Positions 1 through 8,323 of a stretch of 20,000 nucleotides of DNA are shown one piece after another; position 1 is the stretch's first letter; each line of letters begins with the position of its first letter. The translations under genes and the position numbers were made by a program. Where the stretch lies: the IMG/VR virus record IMGVR_UViG_3300028590_000012. One strand, given 5' to 3'. This DNA comes from an uncultured virus (IMG/VR IMGVR_UViG_3300028590_000012) (lineage: Duplodnaviria > Heunggongvirae > Uroviricota > Caudoviricetes). Under the pieces are notes generated by a model. That model was given only the letters and a program-made list of their open reading frames with translations, was not told the DNA's origin and did no database searches.

Positions 1-542
1 CGTGCAAGCCCCTTTACAGATGCGCCTTCTAGGTAATGCGCCTTAAGAGCTTCGCGCACTTTCTCTGCCGTCATTTTCTGGGCCATTCCATTTGTACTGG
101 TGGATTTTGTGCGGTTATGAACATCCGCCCAGAGTTTTCGATTCAGGATCAAACTGATATTGCCAGCGTCATAGTTCATGATCCCCTTAATTTCCGCCAA
201 GGTCTTTCCTTCGGAATACAGGTCAAAGATTTTGTGGATCTTTTCCACCGTCATGCGCGTAGATGATTTCTTACGCTCGTTGTCTCTCACGGAGAGGAAT
301 TGCACATTTTCTGGACAATATCCCAGTTCATTGTCAATCCGGTCTGTGTGAAGGCCCTTCTTCCATCCTTTCGACAAGGCAAACTCTTCAAAAGCAAAAT
401 AGTTCTCGCGCCATTCTTGGCACACCGAGATTCCGCGAGCGCCATAATGTTTGAAGGAAATGTGTTTTGGATTATGGCACCGCTGGATCATGGAACGCCA
501 CACGCTATAAACCGGACCAAGGGATTTATGGGATTTATACAT
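1..542 (-). CDS. HNH-family homing endonuclease (YGxRGI/DRIDN type) with C-terminal HTH-like repeats; 3' end outside window
   Basis: Not in ORF track. Manual translation from ATG at 542 gives MYKSHKSLGPVYSVWRSMIQRCHNPKHISFKHYGARGISVCQEWRENYFAFEEF...LHTDRIDNELGYCPENVQF...RMTVEKIHKIFDLYSEGKTLAEI...KMTAEKVREALKAHYLEGASVKGLA. The frame is open to the window edge. Confidence 0.88.
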   Translation of the reverse strand, partial: MYKSHKSLGPVYSVWRSMIQRCHNPKHISFKHYGARGISVCQEWRENYFAFEEFALSKGWKKGLHTDRIDNELGYCPENVQFLSVRDNERKKSSTRMTVEKIHKIFDLYSEGKTLAEIKGIMNYDAGNISLILNRKLWADVHNRTKSTSTNGMAQKMTAEKVREALKAHYLEGASVKGLA

Positions 543-548
543 TGGCGA

Positions 549-577
549 ATTGTATGAAGATTTACTCTCAAAAACAA
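549..577 (-). promoter_or_regulatory. sigma70-like promoter for the HNH gene (leaderless)
   Basis: TTGTTT(577-572)-N17-TACAAT(554-549), 6 nt before the ATG at 542. No SD. Confidence 0.55.
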
Positions 578-622
578 CCTAACTTCTCTCGCCAAAATGA
601 ATTGGCGAGAGATTGTTAAGTT
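569..622 (-). terminator. Rho-independent terminator after the major capsid gene
   Basis: Minus strand AACTTAAC-AA-TCTCTCGCCAA/TTCATT/TTGGCGAGAGA-A-GTTAGGTT followed by GTTTTT, directly after the capsid stop codon. Confidence 0.75.
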
Positions 623-627
623 GCTGA

Positions 628-1815
628 TTACGAGCAGATTGCTACATCATAATTGCATGTAGCAGTTCGCTTGTACAGCAGGCTGTATGCCCATTCCGTG
701 CGCTTCGGCTGGGACCCCTGCATACTCTCCGAGTAGAAGAACCCTTGGTTGCCAAGGATGTTGCAGTTGTTGTCCCGGTTGTTGATCCAGATGAAGTCGC
801 CACGGTAGTTAACCGGGTCGAACTTGGTGTTTCCACCAGGGCTGGTGATGGCCGAGGCAACGCGGGAGGTGTAAGCCTCCGGGTTGAAGATGAACGCCAC
901 TTCATACGGAGCGGTGAGGTAGGCCGGGTTGACAACCGCTTGGTTGCCTTCCGACGCTGCCGCAGTCGTGTAGTAAGGCACACGCACATATTCACCATCG
1001 GTGAACGTGTAGCGGGGCACCTGCATGTCCGCGATGTAGATGTAGTTCATGTAAGCCCAGGTCGCGCCCAGAGGAGCGAGCAGGGTGTTGGCCTCACTGG
1101 AGAAGCGGATGTCCTGACGGATGTCGTTGTTCTGCTTCTTCAACGCATTGATGATTTCCGGGGAAGCAATCAAAGCGAACTGCTTCTGACCGTCGATCTT
1201 GGCGTATTCGCCAGTCGCGTTATCACGGGCAAGCTGGAGCCAGTAGGCATCCAGGTAACCCTGTTGGAGCGTGGTGATGGGCTCAACCGCCGGGAAATCC
1301 TGATCCGATCCGCTCGAAGAAGCGCTGTAGGGGTCAAGGGAGTCCAGGACGATGTGGTTGCCAGAGAGACGCAGGAATTCATCGCGGTAACGATTTTCCC
1401 AGATCCAGGTGGTGTTCTCGGACAGCACACGGAATTGCTCCGAAAGCTGCTCACGGACCTGCCAGCCGTAGCGCAGGTCATTGACGCACAGCACAGGACT
1501 CTTAACCGCCAACTGCTGGAGGTTGTAGCTCTTGTAGCTGAACGCATAGTTGATCTGCTGCGGGGTCGGGTTACAGGTCGTACCGTCGCCGCTGTTGAAG
1601 TTCACATCACTCCAGGCTGCGCTGGACACATCAGGTACCGTAGTACGCTGATAGATGAGGGTTTGGAGGGTGCTTCCAAGTCCCGTTGGGAATTCGGCCT
1701 GTTTTACGAGCCGGTTCCACGGGCTGGTCATAATGGCCTTAGCGGCCACCATTTCGGAAATACGACCGCTTTCTGCGGCCAAAATACTATCTACATTACA
1801 GACATCGACTGCCAT
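628..1815 (-). CDS. Major capsid protein (HK97 fold inferred)
   Basis: 395 aa, strong codon bias, canonical position after portal and scaffold, followed by a terminator, capsid-like composition. Confidence 0.82.
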   Translation of the reverse strand: MAVDVCNVDSILAAESGRISEMVAAKAIMTSPWNRLVKQAEFPTGLGSTLQTLIYQRTTVPDVSSAAWSDVNFNSGDGTTCNPTPQQINYAFSYKSYNLQQLAVKSPVLCVNDLRYGWQVREQLSEQFRVLSENTTWIWENRYRDEFLRLSGNHIVLDSLDPYSASSSGSDQDFPAVEPITTLQQGYLDAYWLQLARDNATGEYAKIDGQKQFALIASPEIINALKKQNNDIRQDIRFSSEANTLLAPLGATWAYMNYIYIADMQVPRYTFTDGEYVRVPYYTTAAASEGNQAVVNPAYLTAPYEVAFIFNPEAYTSRVASAITSPGGNTKFDPVNYRGDFIWINNRDNNCNILGNQGFFYSESMQGSQPKRTEWAYSLLYKRTATCNYDVAICS

Positions 1816-1998
1816 AAAAATTGCCCCGTTATCTGGGGACTTATTGAGGTTTGAATTGCCGCATATGCGCGGCGGTTGCTTGACTGATCCCTTGAGCCAC
1901 TAGGGGTCTGCCGATGGCAGGAAGCTCTTCTGATTTGGAATCGAGGTCGAAGCCCTCAACTGGCTTGAGACATTTTAGCAGCGTCTCGACTGCGATTC
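1816..1998 (-). ncRNA. Candidate structured 5' leader RNA of the capsid gene
   Basis: Series of short stems: GAATCG/CGATTC, GTCG/CGAC, GAGAC/GTCTC, AAGCC/GGCTT, CTGCC/GGCAG, CCCT/AGGG, GCCGC/GCGGC, CCCC/GGGG. Confidence 0.4.
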
Positions 1999-2000
1999 GC

Positions 2001-2029
2001 CTTATCGCATACGACTTGCAACTTGTCTA
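2001..2029 (-). promoter_or_regulatory. Candidate promoter for the capsid gene
   Basis: TAGACA(2029-2024)-N17 ending in TGC-GATAAG(2006-2001), immediately after the scaffold terminator. Confidence 0.35.
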
Positions 2030-2030
2030 G

Positions 2031-2068
2031 GAAAAAGAAAAGGGCGGCGGGAGTGATCCTGCCGCCCG
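2031..2068 (-). terminator. Rho-independent terminator after the scaffold gene (possibly bidirectional)
   Basis: GGGCGGCAGGA-TCAC-TCCCGCCGCCC followed by TTTTCTTTTT on the minus strand. Confidence 0.8.
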
Positions 2069-2091
2069 TCTCTTTCTCAGTAACTTCCCGT

Positions 2092-3294
2092 TTACCGAGA
2101 TAAGCTGGAGGTCAGTTGCGCCGCGAAGTCATCGAAGCTGGTCGCGGCCAGTTCATCACGGGAAGGTTGTTTCTTGGCCTCCTGCGGGCTGCTGGGCGCT
2201 GTCCCCGTGGTGTTGGCCTTGGGAGCCCCATTTCGGAACTTGGCAAGTTCTGCGGTCATTTCCTTGATCTTAGCTGCCTGGGACTGTGACAGGCGAACCA
2301 GTTCCGGCATGACTGCCGCCGCGTGACCAGCATAGACCTTCAGTTCAGGGGTCCATGTATCGATCTTCTGGGACTCCATTCCCATGCGGGTGTAGTCCGG
2401 GGATGCGTCTTCAGGGAGAAGCTTGGAGAGTGTCTCCTTGAACTTTTCCCCGATGGAGGAAGCGGCCTTCTCGTATTGCTGGATCTGCTCCTGCTGTTGC
2501 TTCTGGGAAAGTTCCTGCTGGCTGCGTATGGATGTTTCGTAGGCTTCCTTGGAGTTGGCCTTAAGATCCTGCGCCCGCTTCTGGATGGCCACCATGTTCT
2601 TGGCAAGGTCACGAGCATCAGCCCGGATGTCTCCTGCCATGTCCGCGTCCATGCCTTCAAGGAGGCCGCGCAATGGGCCAAGGTCTCCTTTGGCAAGCTG
2701 GGCTACAGCCTGATAGAGCTTATCGCCCTCGATGTTTCCTAGGCGAGCAAGGCTGTCCACCCCTTCAAAAACCTGATCCAGAGGTTCTTGAACGGCCTTC
2801 TTCCACTCTGAGGTTGCCTCCACGCGATGGACGAACAGTTCTCGGTTGGCTTCCTCGATCTGCTTCTGAACGCTTTGCAGTTCAGCTTCCCGCTGCTTGA
2901 GGCGCTCACTGGCTTCCCCGGCCTGCTGGAGCTTTTGTTCCAGTTCGGCCTTCGTGGTGCGCAGGGTTTTGACCTCCTTCTTGAGTTCACCCCATCGGTA
3001 ACGGCCTTTCTCGTCAGTAGCAGGGGGAGCGTCGTCAGTTTCCGTGGCCTCCCCTTCTGATTCCGTCTTCTCCTTGGAAACCTCTTCAGGCTTCTTTTCC
3101 TGTTGCTGCTTTTCAACTTCCACCTCTCCGGGGCTTTTGGCCTCGGTTGGGGGTGCAGTTGTTACCGTGGACCGGCCCGCTTCAAAGCGGGGGTCTTTCG
3201 GCATTTCGCCCTGCATTTCATCAAACAATCCTTTTACCGCTGATGCGGCTTCGGTCATGTCGATAGTCGGTGCTTCTGCTACTGCTTCAGCCAT
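2092..3294 (-). CDS. Capsid scaffolding protein (putative)
   Basis: 400 aa, acidic low-complexity N-terminus, long coiled coil, immediately upstream of the capsid gene, SD AAGGAGG upstream. Confidence 0.7.
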   Translation of the reverse strand: MAEAVAEAPTIDMTEAASAVKGLFDEMQGEMPKDPRFEAGRSTVTTAPPTEAKSPGEVEVEKQQQEKKPEEVSKEKTESEGEATETDDAPPATDEKGRYRWGELKKEVKTLRTTKAELEQKLQQAGEASERLKQREAELQSVQKQIEEANRELFVHRVEATSEWKKAVQEPLDQVFEGVDSLARLGNIEGDKLYQAVAQLAKGDLGPLRGLLEGMDADMAGDIRADARDLAKNMVAIQKRAQDLKANSKEAYETSIRSQQELSQKQQQEQIQQYEKAASSIGEKFKETLSKLLPEDASPDYTRMGMESQKIDTWTPELKVYAGHAAAVMPELVRLSQSQAAKIKEMTAELAKFRNGAPKANTTGTAPSSPQEAKKQPSRDELAATSFDDFAAQLTSSLSR

Positions 3295-3303
3295 GGTGCC
3301 TCC

Positions 3304-3414
3304 TTATTTCTTTTCCTGCTTTGCGCGGTGATCCGCTCCCCAGGTAGCCTTTTTGCCGGTAGGGGCAACGGGCTTGGGAAGCGACTTCATGGTGCTTTTC
3401 TTCGGTGTTTTCAT
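3304..3414 (-). CDS. 36-aa Lys-rich basic small protein
   Basis: Manual translation MKTPKKSTMKSLPKPVAPTGKKATWGADHRAKQEKK. ATGA overlap with the upstream stop; its TAA overlaps the scaffold SD. Confidence 0.65.
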   Translation of the reverse strand: MKTPKKSTMKSLPKPVAPTGKKATWGADHRAKQEKK

Positions 3415-3767
3415 GATGCGTTTTGGGTTAATTGGTATTCCTGACGGATTTTTGCGATTTCTTCTTTGCTGAATCCTTGTTGCTCCAGAGCCTTTGTCGC
3501 TTCGGCATCGTATTCCATCGGCTGTTCTGATGGCTTCTTAAGCGGCTGAGTAAGCGTAAAGATCCCCGATACCACAAGGTTTGCCCCGCGTGTCTTCATG
3601 GCTTCCAAGGCTGCTTGGTGGATGATGTCTCCCATTTGGGAAAGAGGTTCCTTGGGCTGGAGTTCTGCTACCGCAATCTGAATGGCTGTTGCGAGAACAG
3701 GGTCACCCAGAAGTTCTGCGAGCCTCTTGCAGTTGGCCGGTTCAGAGGTGAATTGGGTTCTGGTCAT
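3411..3767 (-). CDS. Hypothetical portal-adjacent head protein
   Basis: 118 aa, ATGA-coupled to the portal stop, predicted helical. Confidence 0.7.
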   Translation of the reverse strand: MTRTQFTSEPANCKRLAELLGDPVLATAIQIAVAELQPKEPLSQMGDIIHQAALEAMKTRGANLVVSGIFTLTQPLKKPSEQPMEYDAEATKALEQQGFSKEEIAKIRQEYQLTQNAS

Positions 3768-6082
3768 GGTTTGCGTTGCTGGCGATTCTTGGCAGCGTTG
3801 GATGTCAACTGCTGGGCTGTAGTTGCATCCTTGAGCGCCATGTCCTGAGAAGCTTTACGCTGTTTGATCTCGATGTCGGCGTCCGTCTTGGCTCGAAGTG
3901 CGTTGATCTTCTCGGAGGTAAGCGCTCTTTGATCCTCGATCTTGGCCAGAACAGCAGGGTCAGGACCGGCAGGCGCTTCCTCTCCTTGAGCAGCTTGAGC
4001 CTGCTTTTCCATGATGGCTTGGATCTGTTCACCGGAATTATGCACAACCTCGTCGGCCTGCTGGAGGATCTGCTTGTATTGTCCAACAAGCTGCTGGCCT
4101 GCGGGGTTGACAGCAATCTTCTCCACGGTTTCTGCGGTGTGGGCGGTGAGGAGTTGCAATCCTTGGAGCATTTCCACGGTCTTGGTGATGTCGTAGGGCT
4201 GCCCCGAGCCAACGATTTCCGCCGCCTGCTTGACCGCCTGACTGGTCTGCTCTGTGGCTGCGGGAAGGATGGAGGTATGGACCTTTGCGTGAACAAATAC
4301 ATCCTCGTCTGGCAGAACCGGCTGGAACGACCCCTTCATGAGGAGGGAGTTCTGAGTGAAAGCCAATCCTTCTTGGTTGGTCAGGGATGGCGACGAGCCT
4401 GAGAACGTGTATCGGTTGGCGTTCTGGTAGTTTACCGCGTTGGCTGTGATGTCGTAGATCAAGTTCTGCCGTCCGCTTTCTGGATAGTAAGGCATCAACG
4501 GAAGAAGTTGGTTCAAGGCAAGCTGCCGAGCCGCTTCGGACCCAGATCCAATGGCACTGATGGATTCGAGCTTATCCACATCCAGCTTGTGGAAGGCTTC
4601 CAGGAGAGCATCACCGCCAAGCTTCAGGAGTTCTGCCCTCAGCTTCACGACGTAGCTTCCCCCATTCTCCAGTTCGCTGTAGTCAGGCCGGATGATACGG
4701 CGCACAATCTCGCGAAGGGTCAGTGTCCAGGGCGGACGGAAAAGGTTCTGTGAGGTGTTGGACATCTTGGCAATCGTGCCAAGGCGACCATTGAACTCCG
4801 CTGCGCTCATCTCCTTGGTGGAGTCCAGAAGGGCCTGCGTGTTTGCGTTCGCGGTCTGCTCCCGGAACATGCTAGTGAAACTCTGGATGATCGGGAGAAC
4901 CCCGGAGGAAATGTTCGGGACGATTGCCGAGGGAATGACGGTCAGGTTGGGGCTGATGACATTGAAAATTCCCATCGGGGTGAACTGCATTTCCTGCATC
5001 GCAGACTCATCCCGAGGCTGTAGGATGGGAGCGCTACCAAAGGTTCCTACCTCCAAGAGTTGACTGTAGGCCCGGTTGAGGGCTCCTACGATGGGATAAA
5101 TAACGTAACCCTGCCCACGGATGCCGTGGTAGTAGTCGTTACCCACCCCGTAGGTGTAGGCGACGTACGCGTTGTAGCTGCTCTGGTAGCGGCCTACTTT
5201 GTGGCACAACCAATCTTCACCATTGTTGTCATCAGTGATGACCCCGTAGCTCATGCGCCCGTCGAACTCCTGCCAGACCATATGGACAAGTCGGATGTTC
5301 TGCGTCTGGGCTACTCCGTAGGTCCAGAAGTAATCGTTGTTGCGGAGTTCGATTTCCAGCTTCTCCCACTCGTAGAACTGCCATTGGCGGAACGTGTTCG
5401 AGTTGTTAATGGAGTGCATGATGACTTTGCGAACAGCCTCCACATTCCATCCATGGGCTTCTGCCACCTCGGGGTCTTTGATGAACTGGTAAAGTTGGCT
5501 CTGGGAGTAGAACCGTAGCCAGCAGGCCACATCAATATTCTCCTGACCGACTTTCGTTTTTCGAGGGATCTTGAAATCGCTCATCCCTTTGGAATCGAAT
5601 CGCCAGTCGTACTCGTCATCGAAGGTCGCAAAGCTTACTGCGTGCTTGATGAAGGTAGAGGTCAGTCGAAGAAAGGTCGGCATGAAATCCGGCCAACTTC
5701 GGATCATCTGGGAGATTTTCTCCGCGATAATCCCTTCGTACTCCTTCTTCTTTTCAGGCGAAAGATTGGCCCGAGTAGGGCAGCTAAAAAGGGTTTGGAT
5801 CGAGCTGATCATGTCGATGTACCCAGACTGGGCCATCTCCAGAACCATCGGAGCAAGGCCCCAGGACACGTTCACACGATACGATTGCCCGTTCGCATCA
5901 AGCTGGGCCTGATTGAGCGGAGGAGTGTTGTCGTAAAGAGCGTCGTGGCGGGCACGCTCCATAGACGACATAGCATCAGCCATCCGAAGGGTGTTCCAAA
6001 TCTGGTACCCCTTTTGGGCGGATTCAAGACGGGTCTTTGGAGGTGTCCCGTCAGGCTTGAGTGTGGATAGCTGGTCAATCAT
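3764..6082 (-). CDS. Portal protein (podovirus/P22-like size, long helical C-terminus)
   Basis: 772 aa, upstream of scaffold and capsid, Q/A-rich coiled-coil C-terminal barrel-like region. Confidence 0.75.
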   Translation of the reverse strand: MIDQLSTLKPDGTPPKTRLESAQKGYQIWNTLRMADAMSSMERARHDALYDNTPPLNQAQLDANGQSYRVNVSWGLAPMVLEMAQSGYIDMISSIQTLFSCPTRANLSPEKKKEYEGIIAEKISQMIRSWPDFMPTFLRLTSTFIKHAVSFATFDDEYDWRFDSKGMSDFKIPRKTKVGQENIDVACWLRFYSQSQLYQFIKDPEVAEAHGWNVEAVRKVIMHSINNSNTFRQWQFYEWEKLEIELRNNDYFWTYGVAQTQNIRLVHMVWQEFDGRMSYGVITDDNNGEDWLCHKVGRYQSSYNAYVAYTYGVGNDYYHGIRGQGYVIYPIVGALNRAYSQLLEVGTFGSAPILQPRDESAMQEMQFTPMGIFNVISPNLTVIPSAIVPNISSGVLPIIQSFTSMFREQTANANTQALLDSTKEMSAAEFNGRLGTIAKMSNTSQNLFRPPWTLTLREIVRRIIRPDYSELENGGSYVVKLRAELLKLGGDALLEAFHKLDVDKLESISAIGSGSEAARQLALNQLLPLMPYYPESGRQNLIYDITANAVNYQNANRYTFSGSSPSLTNQEGLAFTQNSLLMKGSFQPVLPDEDVFVHAKVHTSILPAATEQTSQAVKQAAEIVGSGQPYDITKTVEMLQGLQLLTAHTAETVEKIAVNPAGQQLVGQYKQILQQADEVVHNSGEQIQAIMEKQAQAAQGEEAPAGPDPAVLAKIEDQRALTSEKINALRAKTDADIEIKQRKASQDMALKDATTAQQLTSNAAKNRQQRKP

Positions 6083-6085
6083 GGA

Positions 6086-7363
6086 TTAGGCGGAAACTGG
6101 TTCCCTCTTCTTGCCAAACTTGCCCTCTGCCACGAGCTTCTTGGCCCGTTCGCTGGCAGCCTGCCGTTGCTCAGGAGTCCAGGCACGCTTGCCCTTCTTG
6201 GCTCCCCTTTTGTAGGAAGTTGGGACTTTCGGGGCTTCCGCAACAGGAGGGGCTTCTGCCACTGGCGTGGGCTCTGGCTCTGGCGCAGGAACGGATTGCG
6301 CTGGCGTTGCTACGGCAAGTCCGCTGTCGTCGTACTTCTGCGGAGCGGTGTTGCTGTGGGACGCTGCAAGTTCGCCAAACTTACGGACAGTCGGAGGGGG
6401 GAGTTTTTGATGGATAACTGGCGTGCTCTTCATCTCGCCAAGTCGGGATACGGGAGTTGGCGGGACCGGGACGTGTTGTTGCTTTGGAAGCGTGGCGGTC
6501 TGGTAGGGGGTGATATGCTGGAAGTAAGGCTTGGCCACCACCTTTGGAACGGGGATGGCTACCTTTGTCTCAACGGTAACCGTGCGAGAAGAGTCCACAA
6601 CGTCGATCAGCGAACCATCCTTGCAACCATGGAGGATGAGGGTGTCTTTACCAAGAGGGCTGTTCCAGTGAATATCCCAGGCGTTACGGGCTTGCGAGTC
6701 GCAGACAATGGCCTCGCCTTCCACTCGGTAGTTGCAGGTATCCCGGTTGTTCTGGATCAGGGATGTTCGATTAAGGCTCTTCAGGGGATACCATTTGATG
6801 TGAGCGGCGAAATGGAACTGGATACCCCCCAAGCTTTTTAGGACCGGACAGGTTGACGAGAAATCTGCGGGGTAAATTCCAACAGGGGCCATATGCTCCC
6901 CGGCGTCTGTGAGTTCTCCTGCTACGGATTTGATGGTCTTCTCCATGGTCCCCATATACCGCCGCATAGGACGGCCCTCTGCCTGGGCAAAGGTGGAGTC
7001 TGCGTAGTATTCCTGCTCAAGGATGGTCAGCCAGTTGGGAGCTACAGGAACACTGTCGAGTTCCATCCATAGCCATCCTTGATTGGGCTTGGCGTACTTG
7101 TGGATCAGGAATGCAGACTGCTGGAAGTAGGAATTACAGGCCCGAGGCCAGCCTTGGTTATTGGCACTGACGAAAATCTCCACCCCACTGTTTTCAAAGA
7201 ATGGGCGAAGCTTGTTCAACAATACATCAGCCTCAGTTCTGGCGTCTGGTCCAGCTACTACGAGAAGGTTGTGGCCGGTTCCGGGGTTGAACTTTTGGAA
7301 CGCCTTTTCCATGGCGTCCATAAGGTGAGCGTCAGCGCGACTGATGGGCAGTACTACGAGCAT
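6086..7363 (-). CDS. GT-A-like putative glycosyltransferase domain + Pro-rich linker + basic C-terminal motif
   Basis: MLVVLPIS N-terminal strand, GWPRACN, WLWMELDSVP (DxD-like), ILHGCKDGS. Start reassigned from 7435 to the ATG at 7363 to avoid overlap with the upstream gene. Confidence 0.55.
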   Translation of the reverse strand: MLVVLPISRADAHLMDAMEKAFQKFNPGTGHNLLVVAGPDARTEADVLLNKLRPFFENSGVEIFVSANNQGWPRACNSYFQQSAFLIHKYAKPNQGWLWMELDSVPVAPNWLTILEQEYYADSTFAQAEGRPMRRYMGTMEKTIKSVAGELTDAGEHMAPVGIYPADFSSTCPVLKSLGGIQFHFAAHIKWYPLKSLNRTSLIQNNRDTCNYRVEGEAIVCDSQARNAWDIHWNSPLGKDTLILHGCKDGSLIDVVDSSRTVTVETKVAIPVPKVVAKPYFQHITPYQTATLPKQQHVPVPPTPVSRLGEMKSTPVIHQKLPPPTVRKFGELAASHSNTAPQKYDDSGLAVATPAQSVPAPEPEPTPVAEAPPVAEAPKVPTSYKRGAKKGKRAWTPEQRQAASERAKKLVAEGKFGKKREPVSA

Positions 7364-7376
7364 ATCGTGTGTTGGG

Positions 7377-7880
7377 CTATTTACTCTTGTTGCTAGTTTC
7401 TTGCAAGATGTTCCTAGCGTGGCGATAGGCGGCATGTTTGATGCGCCACCATTTTACGGATTCCCTCGCAAGAGCGATTTTCATGGCAATCCTTCCCTTG
7501 GATTGGGCATTGAACAACCTGACCCACCGATCTCCCATTTCACCTTCAATATCAGCATGCCCAACTATTTCTTTCGTCCCCTCTCGCCAACTCACCCAAT
7601 CCAATTGGATGGGCTGAATTTCCCACGGGAACAACCATTTACGAGCCTTGTTGACCCCTAAATAGTGCTTCCATTTCCATGGTAACGAACAAAGAAACGC
7701 CCTTGTCTTCAAGGTTATGCTCGTCACGAGACTAGGTTTCGTACGATTCTCTAAAGCTCGCTTCATGGACTCTGCGCTACGTTGCGCCTCGCAATAACAG
7801 CATTTGCATTTTACGGGAATAAACCCATAACCATCGCGACCCTTGTTTACGAACTCTCCGAATGGTTGTCCTTTATTCAT
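7377..7880 (-). CDS. Hypothetical protein (167 aa, CKCCYC motif, Trp/Lys/Arg-rich)
   Basis: Track ORF 7377..7934. Start reassigned to ATG 7880, which overlaps the RHH gene stop (ATGA). Confidence 0.6.
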   Translation of the reverse strand: MNKGQPFGEFVNKGRDGYGFIPVKCKCCYCEAQRSAESMKRALENRTKPSLVTSITLKTRAFLCSLPWKWKHYLGVNKARKWLFPWEIQPIQLDWVSWREGTKEIVGHADIEGEMGDRWVRLFNAQSKGRIAMKIALARESVKWWRIKHAAYRHARNILQETSNKSK

Positions 7881-8026
7881 GATTTTTTCGATTCTGCTTC
7901 TTGAATCTCCTTCTGGCCCATTACTTTGAACCATTTGGTGATATTGGTTCCTTTCAGCGCAAGGGCTGCCTTGAGCTTGTTGCGGAACTCCTCGGAGACT
8001 TTCACCGCTATGCGAGGCTCATTCAT
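7877..8026 (-). CDS. Ribbon-helix-helix DNA-binding protein (Arc/ParG-like), 49 aa
   Basis: Manual translation MNEPRIAVKVSEEFRNKLKAALALKGTNITKWFKVMGQKEIQEAESKKS: alternating beta strand, helix A, G-x-N turn, helix B. Overlaps both neighbouring genes. Confidence 0.75.
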   Translation of the reverse strand: MNEPRIAVKVSEEFRNKLKAALALKGTNITKWFKVMGQKEIQEAESKKS

Positions 8027-8234
8027 CTTGTTTCTTCAAGCCCACCTCTTCCGCGTGCTTGATGGCATCAGAGACAAGATCGAACTGTGGGCTGAACCAA
8101 TGGCCAGAGTTACTACCCCAGCGGAACCCTCCTTCAGGGCGACTCAGGATGGCGATGGTGTGGGTCTGCTTTTCCAGCGCCCGTTCCGCCAGTCTGCGTG
8201 CTGCCCGATTTGCTCTGTCTCCGTTGATGTGCAT
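8019..8234 (-). CDS. Hypothetical protein (71 aa)
   Basis: MHINGDRANRAARR...KKQDE. Start moved to 8234 because the longer form overlaps the terminase gene and the divergent promoters. Confidence 0.6.
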   Translation of the reverse strand: MHINGDRANRAARRLAERALEKQTHTIAILSRPEGGFRWGSNSGHWFSPQFDLVSDAIKHAEEVGLKKQDE

Positions 8235-8242
8235 GTGGGTAT

Positions 8243-8314
8243 AAGTGCCACTATTGCAAGAAATGTGCGTTATGACAATCCCCATCTTGCAAATTCTTTG
8301 CATCTTCGTAGTAT
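8243..8314. promoter_or_regulatory. Back-to-back divergent promoters
   Basis: Leftward TTGTCA(8278-8273)-N17 ending in TGC-AATAGT(8255-8250). Rightward TTGCAA(8287-8292)-N16-TAGTAT(8309-8314). Contains the palindrome TGCAAA-TTC-TTTGCA. Confidence 0.55.
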
Positions 8315-8323
8315 GCCCGAGAT

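Noticed and set aside
36..557. Three plus-strand ORFs (76, 63, 85 aa)
   Set aside because: Antisense shadows of the minus-strand HNH gene.
745..1854. 369-aa plus-strand ORF
   Set aside because: Antisense to the codon-biased capsid gene; no motifs.
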